The notes under the pieces: generated by a model
Seen by the model: only the letters and a program-made list of their open reading frames with translations
Database searches by the model: none
Told to the model about the DNA's origin: nothing
Source of the DNA: Sulfolobales archaeon
Lineage (GTDB): Archaea; Thermoproteota; Thermoprotei_A; Sulfolobales; AG1
Length of the DNA stretch: 64,000 bases
Direction of reading: 5' to 3'
NCBI GenBank assembly: GCA_038867615.1
Contig: JAWBYA010000001.1
Coordinates: 352,001-416,000 of the forward strand
In this document: in pieces, positions 49,733-60,228 of the stretch
Layout of the letters: each line of letters starts with the position of its first letter
Numbering within the stretch: position 1 is the stretch's first letter
Made by a program: the position numbers and the translations under genes

Positions 49733-49860
49733 TATATATCACCACTAATCCTCTAGATTCGGAATATATATATCATTATAATAGAGGATCTTAATAGATC
49801 ATTGCTATTATTATGTTTATTTTAAGGGCTTTTAGTTAGATAGATATTGGGGAGAATACT

Positions 49861-51483
49861 ATGTTTATGCTTAATATACGGCATATACTTGAGAGGGCGA
49901 GGCTATATTTTGGGAGAAAGGAGGTTGTGTCGAGAACCGATGAGGGGTATGTGAGGTATACGTATAGGGATATGTTTGATAGGGTGTGCAGACTGATCAA
50001 CGCCTTAGAGGGTCTCGGTATAGGGTATGGGGATAGGGTTGCTAGTATGGCTTGGAATACCCATAGGCATCTGGAACTCCACTTCGCTGCCCCGGTAATG
50101 GGTGCTGTGCTCCATACCGTGAATCTGAGGTATAGTCCTGAGGAGATGATCTATACGATCAATAAGGCTGGGGATAGGATTCTCTTCATAGATCCCGACA
50201 TGATACCCACGGTTAGGAAGATCTTGGAGAAGCTTGAGACTGTTGAGAGCGTTGTTATCATGTCCTCCAAGGGTCACGAAGATCTAGGTTTTAACAAGCC
50301 GGTCTATATATACGAAGAGCTTCTAGAGAAATCCAGCAGTGAGTGTAAGTTAAGGGATGTTGATGAGAACTCCCCGGCTGCTATGTGCTTCACGTCAGGG
50401 ACAACGGGCTTTCCTAAGGGTGTTATCTATACCCACAGAGGGATCTTTCTCAGGAGTCTTGCCACATGCCTAGCAGACACCTACGCCCTCTCGGAGAGGG
50501 ATGTTATACTCCACATAGTACCTATGTTCCATATCAGTAGCTGGTTCATGCCATATGCAGCAACACTTGTTGGGGCTAAGCAGGTTCTCCCAGGGCCGAG
50601 GCCTAGGCCCGAGATCATATACGATCTGATCAAGAAGGAGGGCGTGACCGTGAGCGATGGCGCCCCAACCGTGTGGATCGATTTCCTCAACTATCTAAGA
50701 ACCCTTGGTGAGAAGAACATAGAGCCCTTGAGGAAGCTAATAATAGGTGGGTCAGCCCCTCCAAAAGCCCTTATAAAGAGCTACTGGGAGCTCGGTGTTG
50801 AGGTATACCACGCGTGGGGTATGACCGAGACCTATGACTCGGCTATCGCGTTTACCAGGCCTAAGAGCTACCTGGATGATCTCTCTGAGGAGGCTAGGTT
50901 AGGCTTGATTGCTAAGCAGGGTCTCCCATTCCCAGGAATAGAGGTTATGGTTGTGGATGAGAGTAGAAAGCCCCTACCATGGGATGGTAAGTCTATCGGG
51001 GAGCTCTTGATAAGGGGTGCATGGGTTGCTGAGGAGTATTACGGAGATCCTGAGGCTACTAAGAAGTCCTTCGTTAATGGATGGCTCAGAACAGGGGATC
51101 TTGTTACAATAGATGGGGAGGGCTATATAGAGATTGTTGACAGAGTTAAGGATGTGATCAAGAGTGGCGGTGAGTGGATATCCTCGGTGAGGGTGGAGAA
51201 CGAGGCTATGGCCCACCCAGCTGTTCTAGAAGCGGTAGCCATAGCTGTTCCCCACCCGAGGTGGGGCGAGAGACCCCTGCTAATAGTAAAGCTTAGAGAA
51301 GGCTATGCCGGCAAGGTTTCGAAGGAGGATATACTTGGCTTTCTCCGAGAGAGGCTTCTCAAATGGTGGGTTCCGGATGATGTTGTCTTTGTTGACGAGA
51401 TACCCAAGACAGGGACTGGGAAGTTTGATAAGAAGGTTCTGAGGGAGAGGTTTAAAGACTATTACAGGGGTTCTGGTTTATGA
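49861..51483 (+). CDS. Medium/long-chain acyl-CoA ligase
   Basis: FTSGTTGFPKG, WGMTET, LRTGD, DRVKDVIKSGGEWISS and GKFDKK. Confidence 0.9.
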   Translation: MFMLNIRHILERARLYFGRKEVVSRTDEGYVRYTYRDMFDRVCRLINALEGLGIGYGDRVASMAWNTHRHLELHFAAPVMGAVLHTVNLRYSPEEMIYTINKAGDRILFIDPDMIPTVRKILEKLETVESVVIMSSKGHEDLGFNKPVYIYEELLEKSSSECKLRDVDENSPAAMCFTSGTTGFPKGVIYTHRGIFLRSLATCLADTYALSERDVILHIVPMFHISSWFMPYAATLVGAKQVLPGPRPRPEIIYDLIKKEGVTVSDGAPTVWIDFLNYLRTLGEKNIEPLRKLIIGGSAPPKALIKSYWELGVEVYHAWGMTETYDSAIAFTRPKSYLDDLSEEARLGLIAKQGLPFPGIEVMVVDESRKPLPWDGKSIGELLIRGAWVAEEYYGDPEATKKSFVNGWLRTGDLVTIDGEGYIEIVDRVKDVIKSGGEWISSVRVENEAMAHPAVLEAVAIAVPHPRWGERPLLIVKLREGYAGKVSKEDILGFLRERLLKWWVPDDVVFVDEIPKTGTGKFDKKVLRERFKDYYRGSGL

Positions 51484-52250
51484 AGGGATGGGTGGCTATT
51501 GTAACAGGGTCTGGCAGGGGTATTGGTAGGGCTATAGCCCTCAGGCTTGGTAGAGAAGGTCTAAAGGTTGTTGTGAATGCTAAGAAGGGTTATGAGGAGG
51601 CTGTGGAGACTGCGGAGCTCATAAGATCGAGGGGTGGCGAGGCTATACCGATCCTCGCTGATGTCTCTACCAGGGAGGGGTGTAGACAGCTTGTTGAGGA
51701 GGCTGTTAAGAATTACGGGAGGCTTGATGTTCTTGTCAACAACGCTGGGTTGGGTTTATACGCGCCCTTCACGGAGCAGAGTGATTCGATGATAGAAAAG
51801 GTTCTCTCCGTATCTCTTAAATCAGCTATATATTGCTCCCAGGAGGCTGCGAGGGTTATGGAGAGCGGGTCTATAATAAACATAGCATCTATAGCTGGTA
51901 TAGAGCCTCTCTACGGGCTCTCGATATATAGCGCTGCTAAGGCCGGTGTTATAGCCCTCACAAGGGCTCTTGCAGTAGAGCTTGCACCAAGGATCAGGGT
52001 TAACGCCATAGCTCCCGGGGTTGTGAGGACAAAGATGGGTGATAGCCTCTTAAAAGTCCTCGGACTAAACGAGGATGAATATATTGAGAGATACACGCTT
52101 CTCAAAAGATTCGTAGAGCCCGAGGATATAGCCGAGGCTACTGTATTCATACTCAAAACACCCTCTCTCACCGGACAGGTTATAGTGCTCGACTCAGGCA
52201 TGGGTCTTGTGTCATCTATGATGAGGGGATCTGGGTCTAGAAGCTCTTGA
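51480..52250 (+). CDS. SDR oxidoreductase (FabG-like)
   Basis: TGSGRGIG, NNAG and YSAAK. Overlaps the ligase stop. Confidence 0.9.
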   Translation: MKGWVAIVTGSGRGIGRAIALRLGREGLKVVVNAKKGYEEAVETAELIRSRGGEAIPILADVSTREGCRQLVEEAVKNYGRLDVLVNNAGLGLYAPFTEQSDSMIEKVLSVSLKSAIYCSQEAARVMESGSIINIASIAGIEPLYGLSIYSAAKAGVIALTRALAVELAPRIRVNAIAPGVVRTKMGDSLLKVLGLNEDEYIERYTLLKRFVEPEDIAEATVFILKTPSLTGQVIVLDSGMGLVSSMMRGSGSRSS

Positions 52251-52395
52251 TCCTCTTCTCTCCCCACATTATTTTCGTTCTTCTTAGCACTATGCTGGTT
52301 AGCGAGCCTGCCGAGATCCACGATCCCTACGAGATCATATACGGCAATACCAGGGTTCGGGTTTCATTGCGGTTAGTTCTTTTTAGCATTCTCAC

Positions 52396-52869
52396 TTATT
52401 GCTGCATCCCGATCCTGCTTTTGGGTTTTCCACTATGGCGGTATATGTATCTCTTTGTTAATATCGATGAATAGCTCTGCGAGATCATTAGGTAGATCGT
52501 TCTTAACCAGTAAGTGATCCTTGAGACTAGATCATTATTCTCTATTCTCGGCTCGCACCCCGGGGGTTTAGGGTCTAGGAAAGCGTTGCTCCCAGGCCTT
52601 GCTACTGAGATCAGGGATTCGAGTATTATTGGTGGTAGTATGCTTATTCCTCCTCTTATTTTCTTGCTATCTATGAGCCAGGGCATTGAGCTGTAGATCT
52701 CCTCGTTGCCGCCTAGAATATCGAGGATCTTTGATCTATATTCTCCGGCCTCTTCGGAATACATGCCGAGGATCTTGATCCTGCCTCTAGTGATCCTCCA
52801 AGCTATCCTGGCCATTCTATAGCATATCGAGCATCTATCATTATAGAGAAGGATTTTTTCCAAATACAC
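52396..52869 (-). CDS. DCC1/DUF393-like thiol-disulfide protein
   Basis: N-terminal LLYNDRCSIC motif. Confidence 0.5.
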   Translation of the reverse strand: MYLEKILLYNDRCSICYRMARIAWRITRGRIKILGMYSEEAGEYRSKILDILGGNEEIYSSMPWLIDSKKIRGGISILPPIILESLISVARPGSNAFLDPKPPGCEPRIENNDLVSRITYWLRTIYLMISQSYSSILTKRYIYRHSGKPKSRIGMQQ

Positions 52870-52956
52870 ACCTAGCTATAGATCGCTGCAGGGTTATTAT
52901 AATCCCATAGCTATTACTTATAAGCCTTGATATATCGCTAAAAACCATGGAGGACT

Positions 52957-53679
52957 ATGTGGGATAGCAGGATACCGATCGGTATTTATGCGAGGCTCTA
53001 TGCCAGTTGGAAGAGGGTTTTGAGAGAGGTTAGGATAATTGAGGGTATTTTTAGAAAACACGGTGTTAGGAGGATTGTTGAGTTCGGATGCGGCCTGGGT
53101 AGGCATGGCTATCTCCTCTCGAAGAGGGGTTTCGATGTTCTTCTAACAGATATAGAGGATCGGAGGTTCGGTGTCGCTAAGAAGCTGCCTTTCAAGAGAT
53201 ATAACCTCCTCGAAGGCGGCTCAATAGGTGTTTTCGAGGGGGGATATGCTGTTGGTGTTATCACACTCTTTAGATACGAGGATATAGTAAGGATTCTGAG
53301 GAACATAAAGAGCGTGATAGGCAGTGGCATCTTTGTCTTTGACTATAACTTCACACCATACATAGATCCTGAGAAGGTCGAGGTAAGGATCAATGGGAAG
53401 AAATACATAGCTATCCTCGAAGAGAATAAATACACACAGATAAACGGAGGACTTATCTACGAATACAGGGTCAGGGTTGTTGATGAGAATGGCAGCACTG
53501 TGGGGGTGGAGGAGGCATCCTATCCAATATATAATAAAGAAGAGATACTAAGAGCGATCGAAGAGGCTGGATATATGGTTAAAGAAATAGCCTGGGTCTC
53601 ATGGGATCCCCTCGAATATATCTATAAACCAAGCGATGAAGAGTCTGATAGCGCATTCATAGCAATAACACCTAGATAA
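52957..53679 (+). CDS. Class I SAM-dependent methyltransferase
   Basis: IVEFGCGLGRH motif I and GIFVFD. Confidence 0.8.
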   Translation: MWDSRIPIGIYARLYASWKRVLREVRIIEGIFRKHGVRRIVEFGCGLGRHGYLLSKRGFDVLLTDIEDRRFGVAKKLPFKRYNLLEGGSIGVFEGGYAVGVITLFRYEDIVRILRNIKSVIGSGIFVFDYNFTPYIDPEKVEVRINGKKYIAILEENKYTQINGGLIYEYRVRVVDENGSTVGVEEASYPIYNKEEILRAIEEAGYMVKEIAWVSWDPLEYIYKPSDEESDSAFIAITPR

Positions 53680-53948
53680 TAGCCATCCATATACCCACAC
53701 CCACTGGTTTTCCCGGGATACGTCGGATCGTGAGCTTGTTTCGGCATACAAAGGGAGTGGCATAGTGATGCCTGCTTTTCCCTAACGGCTATGTCGCATT
53801 GTAACAAGCATGCTATGTAGATCTATAGATCTATAATAACCAGGATCATTTAAAACTCCACCCAGTATTAGTGTAGCTTTCTCTATTCCATTCTAGATCC
53901 GGTAAAGGCGGTTGGTTTCTTAGGCAAAGGATAATCCTGTTTAGAGGA

Positions 53949-55874
53949 TTATTTTCCGGTCCAGGAAGGGTGTTTTCTATGTAAGAATGATCTCATTCCC
54001 TCTGCGAAATCCTCTGTAGATGCTAGCTCGGCTAGCTCGTGTAATCCTTTCTCGAGGATCTGTTTGTACATGTTCTTATAGGTTTTAGAGATCTCTTTTA
54101 TTGCTCTTATTGAGAGGGGGGCTAGTCTTGTGATCTTATTGACATACTCGACTCCTGTGATCTCGAGCTGGTCTTTTGGCACAACCACATCAACGATCCC
54201 TAGTTGTTTAGCTTCCTCAGCATCCATATGCTCTCCTGTGAGGCAGTATCTTGTTATTTTTCTCCCTATGATGGCTTGGCCTAGTGATGATGCTATTGGG
54301 GGTATTGCTCCTATGAGTCCTTCTGGGACTGAGAATGTTGCGTCCTCGCTTGCGATCACTATGTCGAAGAGTAGGTTTATCTCTAAGCCTCCTCCGAATG
54401 CTATTCCGTTGACTAGGGAGATTATGGGTTTCTCATAGTTTATAATAGTGTCGAGCAGTTGTGAGACTGTTTTCATGAAGAACTCTCTACCATCTGAAGG
54501 GCTTTTCCACGACCCCATCATCGCGATATCGTCTCCCGCACTAAACGCTCTCCCCCTACCTGTTATGATTACGACTCTAACCTCTGGGTCTCTCTCGGCT
54601 TGTGTGAAGGCTTGGTTTAATCCTCTCCACATTTCTTCGTTGAGTGCGTTTAGCTTTTCAGGCCTGTTCATAGTGATTAGGGCGTAGTTATGTCTCTTCT
54701 CGTAAAGGACTGGTCCGAACTCTCTCTTCTCATAAGTCCATCTGTAGAAGCCCTCTCCGGTCTTCTTCCCCAGTCTCCCTTCTCGAGCCATGTTGGAGAG
54801 CAATGGATCGATGTTTCTACCCTCAAGAGCTTTTAGAATACTATCTATCCCGAAATCATCGGCCATCTCTAGCACGCCTTTGGGATAGGACATCCCGAGA
54901 ACCATGGCCTTATCTATGCTATCTCTATCTGCGACATTGTTTCTCAAGAGCCATGCTGCCTCATTCACACCTGGTGCTATTATTCTTAGAGGGTTAAGCC
55001 TGTAGGCATGCCTCGGGGATATCTTCGCCCTATCCTGGGGATCGGTGTACTCGTAAAAACCCCTGCCTGTTTTTACGCCGAGCCTGTTCTCTTTGATCAT
55101 TTTTTCCGTAATCTTGGGGATCTCTATATCCATGCCTCTTTCAGCGGCTTCCTTCATCATGTTATAGATCGTATCAACCCCGCTGGAGTCTATCGCTTCG
55201 AAGGGGCCTAGCGGCATCCCGATCCTGTGCCTTGCAACAGCATCGATCTCCTCTGGTTTGTGGCCCTCTTCTAAGAGTCTCAGGGCCTCGCTAAGGATCC
55301 TCAGGTTTATCCTGTTAGCAACAAAGCCCGGGACATCTTTCTCCACAACTATATACTCCACACCAATTGATCTGATAAACTCTGTGGTTTTTCTAAGCGT
55401 GTGCTCACTTACCCCTTCTCCCTTCACTATCTCTACAAATCTAGCACGGATCGGTGTTCCGAGGAAGTTAAGCCCCATAACCCTATCCTGTCTCTTCACA
55501 GCAGAGGCTATATAGGATACCGGGGTTATGGGGGTTATTGTTGAGAGTACAGCGTCTGATCTACAGCTCTCATCAAGCACCCTGAGCATTTCTCTCTTAA
55601 CCTCGGCTCTCTCATCAAGAGCCTCGATAACAAAATCAGCCTCCCTACAAGCCTCGGTCAGGCTCTCCACAACCCTTACCCTATTAGCCGCGTCTACAGC
55701 GATCTCCGATGCCTCTTTTCCTCCAAGCCTTCTCAGACTTTGGCTAATCTCTGCTGCAACAGATCCTATGGTTTCCCTCGAAATAGCAGCGAGATCCACA
55801 TAGAAACCGGCAATCGCGCAGAGAGCTGCAACCCCCCTACCTATAGTTCCAGCCCCAACGACTAGAATCCTCAT
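53949..55874 (-). CDS. 3-hydroxyacyl-CoA dehydrogenase-like / enoyl-CoA hydratase fusion
   Basis: VGAGTIG, DVPGFVANR and GVKTGRGFY, followed by crotonase motifs NRPEKLNAL, FSAGDD, GGGLE and PEG. Confidence 0.88.
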   Translation of the reverse strand: MRILVVGAGTIGRGVAALCAIAGFYVDLAAISRETIGSVAAEISQSLRRLGGKEASEIAVDAANRVRVVESLTEACREADFVIEALDERAEVKREMLRVLDESCRSDAVLSTITPITPVSYIASAVKRQDRVMGLNFLGTPIRARFVEIVKGEGVSEHTLRKTTEFIRSIGVEYIVVEKDVPGFVANRINLRILSEALRLLEEGHKPEEIDAVARHRIGMPLGPFEAIDSSGVDTIYNMMKEAAERGMDIEIPKITEKMIKENRLGVKTGRGFYEYTDPQDRAKISPRHAYRLNPLRIIAPGVNEAAWLLRNNVADRDSIDKAMVLGMSYPKGVLEMADDFGIDSILKALEGRNIDPLLSNMAREGRLGKKTGEGFYRWTYEKREFGPVLYEKRHNYALITMNRPEKLNALNEEMWRGLNQAFTQAERDPEVRVVIITGRGRAFSAGDDIAMMGSWKSPSDGREFFMKTVSQLLDTIINYEKPIISLVNGIAFGGGLEINLLFDIVIASEDATFSVPEGLIGAIPPIASSLGQAIIGRKITRYCLTGEHMDAEEAKQLGIVDVVVPKDQLEITGVEYVNKITRLAPLSIRAIKEISKTYKNMYKQILEKGLHELAELASTEDFAEGMRSFLHRKHPSWTGK

Positions 55875-56147
55875 CTATGTCCCTACACTACCTTGGGCAA
55901 TAGTCTTTATAATACGTTAAAATATGTTAATCACCCCAGCTCTCTCACCTCCTTGTTCGTAGAGGATGAAAATGATACTCAATATTTTAAGGACAGGCTA
56001 TAGCTTACTCCGCTCTAACTAACCCGAGCTTTAAGATCGAAACATGGCGATCGGCGGCTTTGATTGAAATAGCTAGCGGTTAAGAGGTGAGAAAAAAGAT
56101 GTGACAATGTTTTATAGTGTAACGATGACCAGAGAGCCCCGGCATGG

Positions 56148-56600
56148 CTAGCCTTTCCTAGAGATCATGAGGATGGCTTCGAAAACTGCGACGAGCTCGT
56201 TCTTCTGGTTATACACCTCGTTCTTTATAGTAACCAGACCATTGTTATCCTTAAGCCTTTTATCAATAACCGTTAATCTAGCCCTAATAGTATCACCGAT
56301 CTTTACTGGTTTGACAAAGCGGAGCCGGTCTATTCCGTAAAAGGCTATGAGGCTGCCTTCAAAGATCCCGAGCCTCATCCACAATCCAGTCACAATGGAT
56401 ATTGTTAGGAGGCCGTGGGCGACTCTTCCGCCAAAGATTGTTTTAGAGGCAAAGATCTCGTCTGTGTGGAGGCTATAGAAATCACCACTCACACCAGCGA
56501 AGTTAACTATATCAGCCTCTGTTATGGTTCTTGCGGGGGTTTCGAATACCTGGCCTATTGAGAAATCCTCGTAGTAAAGGATAGGCACGATAGACACCAA
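56148..56600 (-). CDS. MaoC-family (R)-enoyl-CoA hydratase
   Basis: FAGVSGDFYSLH, RVAHG and FVKPVKIGD. Confidence 0.88.
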   Translation of the reverse strand: MVSIVPILYYEDFSIGQVFETPARTITEADIVNFAGVSGDFYSLHTDEIFASKTIFGGRVAHGLLTISIVTGLWMRLGIFEGSLIAFYGIDRLRFVKPVKIGDTIRARLTVIDKRLKDNNGLVTIKNEVYNQKNELVAVFEAILMISRKG

Positions 56601-56710
56601 GCTTATTGATGATATGGGGGATTTATCATGACCCTCAAAAGGCTGGGGTGTGTGATATAGCTGTAATGATCCTTGTATGGGTTATCCTTAAAAAAAGATT
56701 AGACTGTTCT

Positions 56711-57889
56711 TTATCTTCTATACGGTGGCTTCTTCTTCAGCACTTTTAACGTGTTCTTTATGGTGCTGGGATTCCATATATAGTATGCCATTCCATGAGG
56801 CATTGTCAGGACTATGGTTATGAAGAGTACGCCTACAAATACTAGGCTCCATCCCCCGGCATAGTCGGCTACGAACCTCTCTATTATGGTTACAACTATA
56901 GCTCCTATGATTGAGCCTTCTATGGGGTATAGACCTCCTATTAGTGAGTAGATAAGACCATATACGGATAAGAGAGGGCTGAACGTTCTCTCTGGGTTTA
57001 TGTTAAATGCATATACCGCGTATAGGCTTCCGCTTACAGCTGCTATGGCTCCCGAGATCGACATGGCTATTGCTTTGTATATGAAGACGTTGTATCCAAG
57101 GCTGGCTGCTCTAGACTCGTTCTCCCTTATCGAGACCCATATTAATCCCAGGGGTGATTCCAGGATCTTTTTAATAGCCATGTGCACCGCAATGAGGATT
57201 GTTAGTGAGAGAATGTAGAGGTTAATCGAGATCCTGAGAGGCTCTGCCCTATTCGCTATGCTGTCTATGAGTAGTATTAGTGCTGACATGAGGATCAGTG
57301 ACAAGGGTATTATGGCTATACTAGATCTTGAAGCTCCTGCTTTGGAGCCTGATTTACCACCCCTCAGGATCGTATATATGGAGGCAGTGATAAGGATGGC
57401 TGTGAGGGCTAGGGGTATATATGATATTATTGTTGATGTTAGGAGCTGTGGTGTAGGGATCAACAATCCCTGCTCGGATCCGCTTATCGCCCTGAGCTCT
57501 CTTCTCGTATAGAGGAAGTAGACCATGAGGAGGACTGTTAGTGTTATGAAGGCGAAAGGTATGCCTCCAAAGGCTCTTCTAACTATTAGGGATAATAGGA
57601 ACCCGGCTGCGGCTCCAAAGATCATTGATATTGGTATCACTAATACGTATGGGATACCCCACCATATAGTCTGGTAAGCTGTGAGATACGCTCCAAGCCC
57701 GAAGAAAAGGGCATGTCCAAAGTTGAGGAGTCCTAGGTAGCCTAGGAGGAGTGCGAATGATAATGCATATATGGACATTATATAGCTGAAGGCTAGTATC
57801 GATACCAATCTGGAGACTCCTATGCTTTCCAGTGCTAGTGGTAATAGTGAGAGAACGGTATATATGATCGCTAGCCATGCGATCCTCAA
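56711..57889 (-). CDS. Liv-type ABC permease (LivM-like)
   Basis: GYLGLLNFGHALFFG and IRENESRA. Confidence 0.85.
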   Translation of the reverse strand: MRIAWLAIIYTVLSLLPLALESIGVSRLVSILAFSYIMSIYALSFALLLGYLGLLNFGHALFFGLGAYLTAYQTIWWGIPYVLVIPISMIFGAAAGFLLSLIVRRAFGGIPFAFITLTVLLMVYFLYTRRELRAISGSEQGLLIPTPQLLTSTIISYIPLALTAILITASIYTILRGGKSGSKAGASRSSIAIIPLSLILMSALILLIDSIANRAEPLRISINLYILSLTILIAVHMAIKKILESPLGLIWVSIRENESRAASLGYNVFIYKAIAMSISGAIAAVSGSLYAVYAFNINPERTFSPLLSVYGLIYSLIGGLYPIEGSIIGAIVVTIIERFVADYAGGWSLVFVGVLFITIVLTMPHGMAYYIWNPSTIKNTLKVLKKKPPYRR

Positions 57890-57892
57890 TCG

Positions 57893-58744
57893 CTACACCC
57901 TGAGGAGTCCTGAGGGTCTTAGCATGAGGACTGCTAGCATTAGGAGGAAGATCGATGGCTCTGCTAAGTATGGTGCGTAATAAGCTGATAGCTGTTGTGC
58001 TAACCCTGCTAGTAGTGATGCCACCATTGTCCCCCCTATGCTTCCTATCCCACCGATCACTACTATGGCGAACGCGTAGAGCAGGTAGTTTATCCCAAGA
58101 GTTGGATAGACACCCTGCCATGGAACCAATATGGACCCGGCTACTCCTGCTAGGATCGATCCTACTACGAATATCCCTGTAAACACACGCTCTATATTAA
58201 CCCCAAACGCCTGGATCATCTCTCTATCGTCTATCCCAGCTCTTATTATCATGCCGTATCTGGTTCTGTTGAAGAAGATATACACTGCTATTAGGAGAGC
58301 TATGCCCACCGCTATCACGAAAAGCCTGTATTTATAGATAATTGTTGGGCCGAGGAGTATGGTTCCTTCGAGCTCTGGTGGTAACCATATATAGGTTATA
58401 TCTCCCCATCGGAGCCATGCTACGCGGTCTAGCAGGAGCATGAGGCCTATTGTGATTATCGCCTGTGTTAGTGGTTCTCTTAGCCTTTTTAGCAATAGAT
58501 ACTCGATGAGGAAGCCCATCAAGCCTGTTATAGAGGCTGATGCTAGGATCCCTGCTAGTAAATTGCCTGTTCTTGAGGAAACCTCGTACCCAATATAGGC
58601 TCCCCACATGAACATGCTACCATGTGCGAAGTTAACGATCCTCATTAACCCAAAGATCACTGAGAGTCCTAGGGATAGTAGGAGGAATATAAAGCCCAGC
58701 GCAACCCCATCTATTATTGCCGATACAAGGATCTCTAGCGCCAT
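57893..58744 (-). CDS. Liv-type ABC permease (LivH-like)
   Basis: GLSVIFGLMRIVNFAHG and RPSGL. Confidence 0.88.
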   Translation of the reverse strand: MALEILVSAIIDGVALGFIFLLLSLGLSVIFGLMRIVNFAHGSMFMWGAYIGYEVSSRTGNLLAGILASASITGLMGFLIEYLLLKRLREPLTQAIITIGLMLLLDRVAWLRWGDITYIWLPPELEGTILLGPTIIYKYRLFVIAVGIALLIAVYIFFNRTRYGMIIRAGIDDREMIQAFGVNIERVFTGIFVVGSILAGVAGSILVPWQGVYPTLGINYLLYAFAIVVIGGIGSIGGTMVASLLAGLAQQLSAYYAPYLAEPSIFLLMLAVLMLRPSGLLRV

Positions 58745-58754
58745 TCTAGATACC

Positions 58755-59480
58755 CTAGCTCATGGTGACTCCTAGGTATCTCTCTATAAGATCCCTGCTG
58801 CTCATGAGGTCCTTTACACCCCCCTGGGAGACGATCCTACCGTTATTCATTATAGCATACATACCCCCGATCTTCCTCATAAGCCATGGCTTTGTCTCAA
58901 CAATAACCACTCCCCGGTCCTCTCTCACAAGATCCTGGATAACTGAGGCTATTTTTGATGCATAGATCGGGCTAAGCCCTTCCGTCGGCTCGTCTATGAG
59001 GAATAGCTTTGCGTCTGGATGTGCTATCGCTCTAGCTATGTTTAGCATCTGCTGCTGCCCTCCGGAGAGCTGTTTCGCCCTGAGCTTCCTAAGTTTCTTG
59101 AGATCCGGGAAAACGGTGTAGATATATTCAAGCCTATCTAGGGTCTTCTTCCGTTCATGGATGTCGGAGAGCCCTACGAGCAGGTTTTCCTCAACAGTGA
59201 GGGTTGGGAAGAGCCTCCTATTATCAGGAATATATCTTATCCCCATCCTGGCTCTCTCATAGAGGGGCTTGCTGGTTATATCGATCCCCTCATAAAAGAT
59301 CCTGCCGCGCGATGGGCTTATAAAGCCCATTATGGTTTTCAAGAGCGTTGTTTTCCCCGCACCGTTTCTTCCCAGGATAAAGAGGACATCTCCCCTCTCA
59401 ACCCTTAGGCTGACCCCTTGGACCACGTATAGGTGTCCTAGGTAGGCGTGGAGATCCTGGATCTCAAGCATAGCCCTCAC
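58755..59480 (-). CDS. Liv-type ABC ATPase (LivF-like)
   Basis: GRNGAGKTT, LSGGQQQ and DEPTEG. Confidence 0.88.
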   Translation of the reverse strand: MRAMLEIQDLHAYLGHLYVVQGVSLRVERGDVLFILGRNGAGKTTLLKTIMGFISPSRGRIFYEGIDITSKPLYERARMGIRYIPDNRRLFPTLTVEENLLVGLSDIHERKKTLDRLEYIYTVFPDLKKLRKLRAKQLSGGQQQMLNIARAIAHPDAKLFLIDEPTEGLSPIYASKIASVIQDLVREDRGVVIVETKPWLMRKIGGMYAIMNNGRIVSQGGVKDLMSSRDLIERYLGVTMS

Positions 59481-60228
59481 CTAAGTATGCCTCGATAACC
59501 TCTCTATTGTTCATTACACTGCTAGGCGGGCCCTCAGCTATCACGCTCCCCTCTTTCATGACGATCACGCGGTCTGCTAGCTCTTTCACAACCTCGATCT
59601 TGTGTTCCACTAAAATTATAGTTAGAGGATCGCTGTTACCCCTGAGCCTTCTTATCAAGCTCAGTATGGATGGTATCTCTTCTACTGATAAGCCTGATGT
59701 GGGTTCGTCGAGTAGAAGGAGCTTGGGTTTTCGAGATATTGCGAGGGCTATGTCGAGTTTTCTCTGATCGGCCTGTGTAAGGGATCCTGCTATAAAACGC
59801 TCCCTTCCACCAAGCCCTACAGCCTCGGCTATAGCTATTGCCTCTTCTAACAAATCGTATCTGTTCAGCCTCTTCAGCGGGTTTAGGGATGCACCGAATT
59901 CTCCGAGCCCTATGAGGAGGGCTATCTTTATGTTATCAAGCACCGAGAGGTTTGGAAAAATGCTTATGTTTTGAAAGGATCTACCTATACCCATCCTAGC
60001 TCTTTTATGGGCTGGGTAGCCTGTTATATCTTTCCCCTCAAAGATCACTCTACCCTTGTCGGGTAACAGCACTCCGCTTATCATGTTAAGCAGTGTTGTT
60101 TTCCCAGCACCGTTGGGGCCTATTATAGCCGTTATAGATCCCCTCTCTACAGATATAGAGACGTTGTTAACAGCTACGAGGCCTCCGAACCGCTTAGTAA
60201 GTCCGTGTGTCTCTAGGGTTGCTGTCAT
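59464..60228 (-). CDS. Liv-type ABC ATPase (LivG-like)
   Basis: FGGLVAV, GPNGAGKTT, DEPTSG and VEH. Confidence 0.88.
   Translation of the reverse strand: MTATLETHGLTKRFGGLVAVNNVSISVERGSITAIIGPNGAGKTTLLNMISGVLLPDKGRVIFEGKDITGYPAHKRARMGIGRSFQNISIFPNLSVLDNIKIALLIGLGEFGASLNPLKRLNRYDLLEEAIAIAEAVGLGGRERFIAGSLTQADQRKLDIALAISRKPKLLLLDEPTSGLSVEEIPSILSLIRRLRGNSDPLTIILVEHKIEVVKELADRVIVMKEGSVIAEGPPSSVMNNREVIEAYLGEGYA

Noticed and set aside
49161-49748. Long antisense ORFs (e.g. 49161-49748, 29632-30117, 20044-20487, 61483-61875)
   Set aside because: They are shadows of well-supported genes on the opposite strand, with Ser/Ile/Pro-rich composition typical of antisense frames.
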